Assembly (NCBI GenBank): GCA_963662465.1
Contig: OY759599.1
Span: 4,608,001 to 4,672,000 of the forward strand
Source: Desulfatiglandales bacterium
GTDB taxonomy: Bacteria > Desulfobacterota > DSM-4660 > Desulfatiglandales > Desulfatiglandaceae
Reading direction: 5' to 3'
DNA length: 64,000 bases
The number at the start of each line of letters is the position of its first letter. Position 1 is the first letter of the stretch. A program made the position numbers and the translations under genes. The notes below the pieces were generated by a model, which ran no database searches, was not told the origin of the DNA, and was given only the letters and a program-made list of their open reading frames with translations. Positions 59,350-64,000 of the stretch are shown here, piece after piece.

Positions 59350-60663
59350 ATGCCGCTGTCAATTAGGGAGTGTTTAAAACGGGGTCCATCGACATCAAGG
59401 GAAATCCAGACCGAAACTAAATTGTCTCAGGCGGCTGTATCCCGTCAACTCCAAGGCATGAGGGACAGCATCATAAAGTTGAGGCGTGGACGGTCAATAA
59501 GTTATGCCATGACGCGAAACGCTTTCGGGGGGAGCGACAAATTACCTTTGAGCATTGTAGATCCTAATGGGAATTCTATTTTAGCGGCATTGATACGCCC
59601 GCTGATCCACGGTGGTTTTTTTATGGAACCCGCCACACAAATACCTTCACTTTTGTTGGGAGAAAGATGCGATGGCTTGTATGAAGATTTGCCGTATTTT
59701 CTGCTTGATTTGAGTCCGCAGGGCTTTCTCGGTCGGCGGATTGCCAAAGAAATGGCTGCCCAATCACCTGATTTTCCAGCTGATCCGAGACGGTGGAATA
59801 CAAACCATATTGGACGTTATTTGATATCAAATGGCGACGATCTCCCTGGAAACTTCAAATTTGGCGAGCAGGCACGATTGCGACTCAGACTAAACCCTAT
59901 TCCCGTTTCGGATGACGAATATCCGTATCTCGCCGATAGCGTTATGAGTGGTATACCGCCTGGTTCTTCCGCCGGCGGGGAACAGCCAAAATTTACTGCT
60001 TTCAGCAAGAGCAACCTTTGTCATGTCATTGTAAAGTTTTCACCGAAAGGAGAGAATGAAACAGCAAGGCGATGGCGCGATATTTTGATTACCGAATATC
60101 ACGCAACAGCAGTACTCCATAATGAGGGGTTGCCGGCCGCTGAGACGAGACTCATTGAAAATGGCGATAGGCTTTTTTTGGAAAGTAAACGATTTGACCG
60201 GGCAGGAGAATACGGGAGGATCTCAATGGTATCTCTTCAGGCCATCGATGCTGAATTTGTCGGTCTTGGAAGTCAGTGGCCTCAAGTGATTGATGCCTTA
60301 TTTGAAAAAGACTTGGTTGCCCGGCAAGATGTCGCTAATGTGAAAGCCTTATGGTGTTTTGGAAACTTGATTAATAACAATGACATGCATTTGGGGAATC
60401 TAAGCTTCGCAATAGAAGGAAATGTGTTTAGGTTATTGCCGGCCTATGACATGTGTTCCATGGGTTTTGCACCCGGAAGCGGCGGCGATATTTCCCCCTT
60501 TAATTTTGTCCCGAAAAAACCCGAAGGTCTTAAACTTAATGGAATCTTTAGCTCGACAAAAAGTATAGCCCGTGATTTCTGGGAACGCGTTGCAAGAGAT
60601 GAAAGGATATCTGAAGCGTTTAAAAAATTCTTAGACAAAGGGTACCCCGTTGATTTGATGTGA
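59350..60663 (+). CDS. yjjJ: HipA-family kinase toxin, YjjJ-like (N-terminal HTH)
   Basis: SQAAVSR HTH, GFLGR, GSSAGGEQPKF, NNDMHLGNLSF, PAYDM. Confidence 0.85.
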   Translation: MPLSIRECLKRGPSTSREIQTETKLSQAAVSRQLQGMRDSIIKLRRGRSISYAMTRNAFGGSDKLPLSIVDPNGNSILAALIRPLIHGGFFMEPATQIPSLLLGERCDGLYEDLPYFLLDLSPQGFLGRRIAKEMAAQSPDFPADPRRWNTNHIGRYLISNGDDLPGNFKFGEQARLRLRLNPIPVSDDEYPYLADSVMSGIPPGSSAGGEQPKFTAFSKSNLCHVIVKFSPKGENETARRWRDILITEYHATAVLHNEGLPAAETRLIENGDRLFLESKRFDRAGEYGRISMVSLQAIDAEFVGLGSQWPQVIDALFEKDLVARQDVANVKALWCFGNLINNNDMHLGNLSFAIEGNVFRLLPAYDMCSMGFAPGSGGDISPFNFVPKKPEGLKLNGIFSSTKSIARDFWERVARDERISEAFKKFLDKGYPVDLM

Positions 60664-60690
60664 AAACCGGCCTCGATCATCGTTTCGGCC

Positions 60691-60788
60691 ACCCGGCAAT
60701 AAATTGCCGGGCTATTGTCTGTCGCCCCGATGGGGCTTATACAGTCCCGTAGGGACGGCAGATAATAGCCTGGGGTTTTAACCCCGGG
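60691..60788. repeat. REP-like palindrome cluster
   Basis: CCCGGCAATAAATTGCCGGG, GCCCCGATGGGGC, GTCCCGTAGGGAC, CCTGGGGTTTTAACCCCGGG. Confidence 0.75.
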
Positions 60789-60834
60789 AAATGGCCGGAA
60801 CGATGATCAAAGCCCCGATTTCAAAAAATTTTAT

Positions 60835-61110
60835 CGGCTACGGACACAAGCCGGGACAATTTAAAAATGCGGGCTCATCGTGGATTCGCGTGAGATTTGG
60901 CTTCTGAGCCGATTGTAGGTGCGACTTCAGTCGCACATTAAGCCGACCCTGTGCGACTGAAGTCGCACCTACAGCCCGAACCGAAACAATCTCAAAGCGC
61001 GATTTCACGTTAATCCGCGATGAACCAAAATGCGCTTGTTCCCAAGCGCTGAGTAGGAAGGAATCAAAATAGAGCTTTGGCTACGCTGTCCCGCTTTGTG
61101 TCCGTAGCCG
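60835..61110. repeat. Nested inverted repeats with a central GTAG-type REP doublet
   Basis: Outer 60835-60858/61087-61110, middle 60875-60896/61002-61023, inner perfect 24-bp 60914-60937/60950-60973. Confidence 0.85.
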
Positions 61111-61230
61111 TCATTGGGAGTCTTCACTTTCCCGGTCATTGGTTGTTCCGTCCGTCCTTTTTACCCCGTGAAATCTTTCTTCCTTTTTATTTCACCGGGG
61201 CGTCAATCGCCCTTCGAACTTCCGTTGCCC

Positions 61231-61259
61231 TTGACAAAAACCCGTTATACACATAATAT
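61231..61259 (+). promoter_or_regulatory. Sigma70-type promoter of the TA pair
   Basis: TTGACA followed after 17 bp by TAATAT (or after 15 bp by CATAAT). Confidence 0.55.
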
Positions 61260-61279
61260 GCGCACAAAAGGAGAATATC

Positions 61280-61540
61280 ATGAGAAAGACCAGAGTGAAC
61301 ATCACGTTGGATAACGATCTTGCCAGATTTCTCAAAGGGTTTTCCCTCTCCCAAAGATTATCCATGTCGGAATTAATCAACCAGTGGGCTTTGAGTCTAA
61401 AACGGTCTCAGGAAAACCAGGGGATGGAGACCCTTTTATCCTCCCCTGAATTTTACCAGTCCCTTACGGAAACCCTTGAGAAATGCCGCTCCGGAAAGAT
61501 GAAGTGGTACAGCCGCGAAAAGGCCCTTGGCAATGAATGA
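61280..61540 (+). CDS. Putative RHH-type antitoxin
   Basis: RVNITLD..L...SMSELIN; AGGAG RBS; overlaps the toxin gene. Confidence 0.7.
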   Translation: MRKTRVNITLDNDLARFLKGFSLSQRLSMSELINQWALSLKRSQENQGMETLLSSPEFYQSLTETLEKCRSGKMKWYSREKALGNE

Positions 61541-61865
61541 GACCTATTCGGAACCATTCGTCAAATCCCTCAGAAAATTTGCCTCCATCAGAAAAAGAAT
61601 TGTGAATAAGATCGACAACATCATCCAGGACCCTCTCATAGGTGAACCATTGAAATACGATCTCTGCGGCTTATACAGCGTCCCGGTGGCAAAGCGGTTT
61701 CTCATTATCTACAGCTATTGCAGAATATGCCGAAAAAAGGGCGCCGATAAGATCCTCTTATGCCACGATTGCTCAGATATGCCTGCCGAAACCGTTCGCT
61801 TTTTTGATCTTGGTCCACATGACAAAGCTTATTCAGGTTTCTGGAAAGCACCCGTAACCGGCTGA
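61527..61865 (+). CDS. RelE/ParE-like toxin with Cys-rich insertion
   Basis: F.KSL.K..I..DP..GEPLKYDL.G.YS, CxxC..CxxC, GPHDKAY. Confidence 0.75.
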   Translation: MAMNETYSEPFVKSLRKFASIRKRIVNKIDNIIQDPLIGEPLKYDLCGLYSVPVAKRFLIIYSYCRICRKKGADKILLCHDCSDMPAETVRFFDLGPHDKAYSGFWKAPVTG

Positions 61866-62195
61866 ACATCTGCAGGGTGCAGATGTTCCCCATCCTGCCC
61901 CCTGACAACTGACAACTGAACGGGTGATCACGTTAATCCACCAAGACCCGAACTTATATGGACGCCGTCTTCTAATCTTGTTCATCGTGTTAAATCCTGT
62001 GAATCGTGTTCAAAACGGGGAGGAGGCCAACAATGACGGATACCCCTTTCCCTTATAAATAAAATCCCCGACATCAGGTACGGCCACCGGAGGATCGTCT
62101 TGAGATGTATCCGGCGGCGCAAACCGGCCTGGCCCGGCTTGAGCGAAGTCGTCTTCCCGTCCATTTAAAGAGACAAGGCATGCCTTGTCTCTACC

Positions 62196-64000
62196 CTACC
62201 CTTCCCGGGTGATCTCAGTTTCCTTCTCCTCCATGGCCAGCAGGATCCGCTTCCCTTCACCACAACTGTCGTCAATGTGCCTTGCATTCAAGATCAGGGT
62301 TTTCTTTCCCACGCCGGGAAGCGCCGCCGTCATTCCAAAGTTTTCAAAGCCCTTCTCCCTGGGAAGGACCTCCTCCAGGAGCCGGCGCAGGTCCGGGTTG
62401 TCCCACCCGCCGGAACAGAGGGTGTAGAAATGCCGACCGATCGTATCCTCGGGACCTGTTTCAAAGCAGGCGTAAAATGAGCGGTTGGCGGAAATCACCC
62501 GAAGGTCCGCATCCAGCACCAACAGGAGCTCCCGAAGGGTATCCACGATCTCTTCCGCATACCTTCAGGCCTCTTCCATGGCCGATTCCACCGCCTTTCT
62601 GGAAGAAACATCCACCAGGGTAATAACCACCCCGTCGATCACATTGTCCACGGTGCGATAGGGAAGGATGCGAAGTTCGTATGCCGCCCCCTCCGAGGAT
62701 GCCGCCTGGCCCTCATGAATCTTGAGGGTGTCAAGGACCTTTCGGGCCTCCCGAATGAGGGGATAATCCTCGAGCCGTGAGGCAATATCCGCCAGGGGCC
62801 TCCCCACGTCCGTGCTGATGAGCCGGAAAATCCTGGCGGCCTGGGGGGTGAAGCGTTTGATTAAGAGTTCGGGGTCCAGAAAGATGGTGGCGATATCCGT
62901 GGAGGCCAGGAGGTTGCTCAAATCGTCATTGGTTTTGGTGAGCTCTTCCAGTTTTTTTTGCAGCTCCATGTTCACCGTCATCAACTCCTTATTGGTGGAT
63001 TGAAGCTCTTCCTTGGAGGTCTCCAGCTCTTCGTTGGTACTCTGAAGCTCTTCGTTCACCGACTGAAGCTCCTCGTTGGTGCTTTTCAGTTCCTCGTTGG
63101 AGGTTTCCTGTTCCTCCATGAGGGTCTGAAGATATTCCCGGGTGGAGGCCAGCTCCTGCTGAAGACCCGCCACCGTCTGGTCGGTCCGGTCCGCGGCGCC
63201 GAGCCTCTTCACCAGTTCTTTTTCCGACGGTTTGGGAAGGTTTTCTTCTTCAAAGATCACCAGCATCATGGGTTCGGAGACCCCTTTTTCATGAAAGGGC
63301 CGGGCGATGATATTTACCTTCCGAATCTCCCGATCCACTTCCAGTTGAAGCCCCGAGACCCGCACCGCCTCCTTCCGCCGGAAGGCGTTGTGAAGGGCCG
63401 ATGCCAGGTGGCTGCGAAGGGGTTCCCGAATCATTTTCAGAATATGAAAGGTGGCCTTCCCAATGGGGGGGGGTGAGATACCGTTCGGTCCGTCCCATGA
63501 AATGAGCGATTTCGTAGTTCCGGTTGATGAGCACCCCCGGGGGCGCGTAGGCATCCAGAATGATGCGCTCCGCCGCCTGTTGCAGGTCCGGGACGCCGGG
63601 AGTCTCCTTCCGAGGGGCGTCGGCGCCCGGAATGAGAAAGGGAAGGCCGCTTTCAAGGGGATATTCCATAGCCCGCTCAAAGGGCTTTTCATTCTTTTGA
63701 AAGATTTTTCCCTTGCTGTCAATGGTGCTGAAAAGATCCCGGAATTCCCCGATGCTCTCGGAGGTTCCCAAGAAGAGGATGCCGTTCTTGTTCATGGCGT
63801 AGTGGAACAGGGGCAGCAGTTTTTTCTGAAGAATCCCTTCCATATAGATGAGCAGGTTGCGGCAGCTCAACAGGTCGATTTTGGAAAAGGGGGGATCCTT
63901 GATCACGTTGTGCGATGAAAAGACGATCATGTCGCGAATGGTCTTGCTGATCCGATAACTCTCGTCCTCCTTTGTGAAAAACCGTTTGAGCCGCTCCTTT
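62196..64000 (-). pseudogene. CheR - coiled coil - PAS (CheB/CheR fusion type), 5' end outside the window; frameshift and nonsense codon
   Basis: DPPFSKIDLLSCRNLLIY, EELQSTNEE repeats, PAS. +1 frameshift in the C9 run at 63465-63473; in-frame TGA at 62565-62567. Confidence 0.85.

Overview
Bacterial genomic window, with gene content suggestive of a Desulfobacterota/deltaproteobacterium (inference only). It has four zones. (1) 1-13657 (+): a visibly AT-richer BREX defence locus: brxE, brxA, brxB (truncated), brxC, an inserted AAA ATPase plus PD-(D/E)xK-like pair, pglX (mostly deleted), an AlbA_2/RecG-like pseudogene, pglZ, and brxL with a PLD-like MIT_C tail instead of a Lon domain. (2) About 13690-14400 (+): a ~580-nt non-coding stretch packed with hairpins, G-U pairs and GNRA loops, a candidate large structured RNA, followed by a 38-aa Zn-ribbon ORF. 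(3) 15274-55973 (-): a ~40-kb co-oriented signalling supercluster. It holds orphan solute-binding proteins each paired with a receptor, two-component proteins, a sigma54 activator and promoter, and a Wsp/ACF-like chemosensory system. At its distal end lie a receiver-KaiA-like gene, kaiB and a full-length kaiC with intact S/T phosphosites. This looks like a non-cyanobacterial KaiA(3-like)BC module wired to a chemosensory phosphorelay, and it is the best candidate for an undescribed system. (4) 56226-64000: a sensor kinase, a toxin-antitoxin patch (orphan HigA-like, YjjJ/HipA-like, RHH/RelE-like), nested REP-like palindromes and a CheR-PAS pseudogene. Several lesions (deletions, nonsense codons, a homopolymer frameshift) may be real decay or assembly errors.
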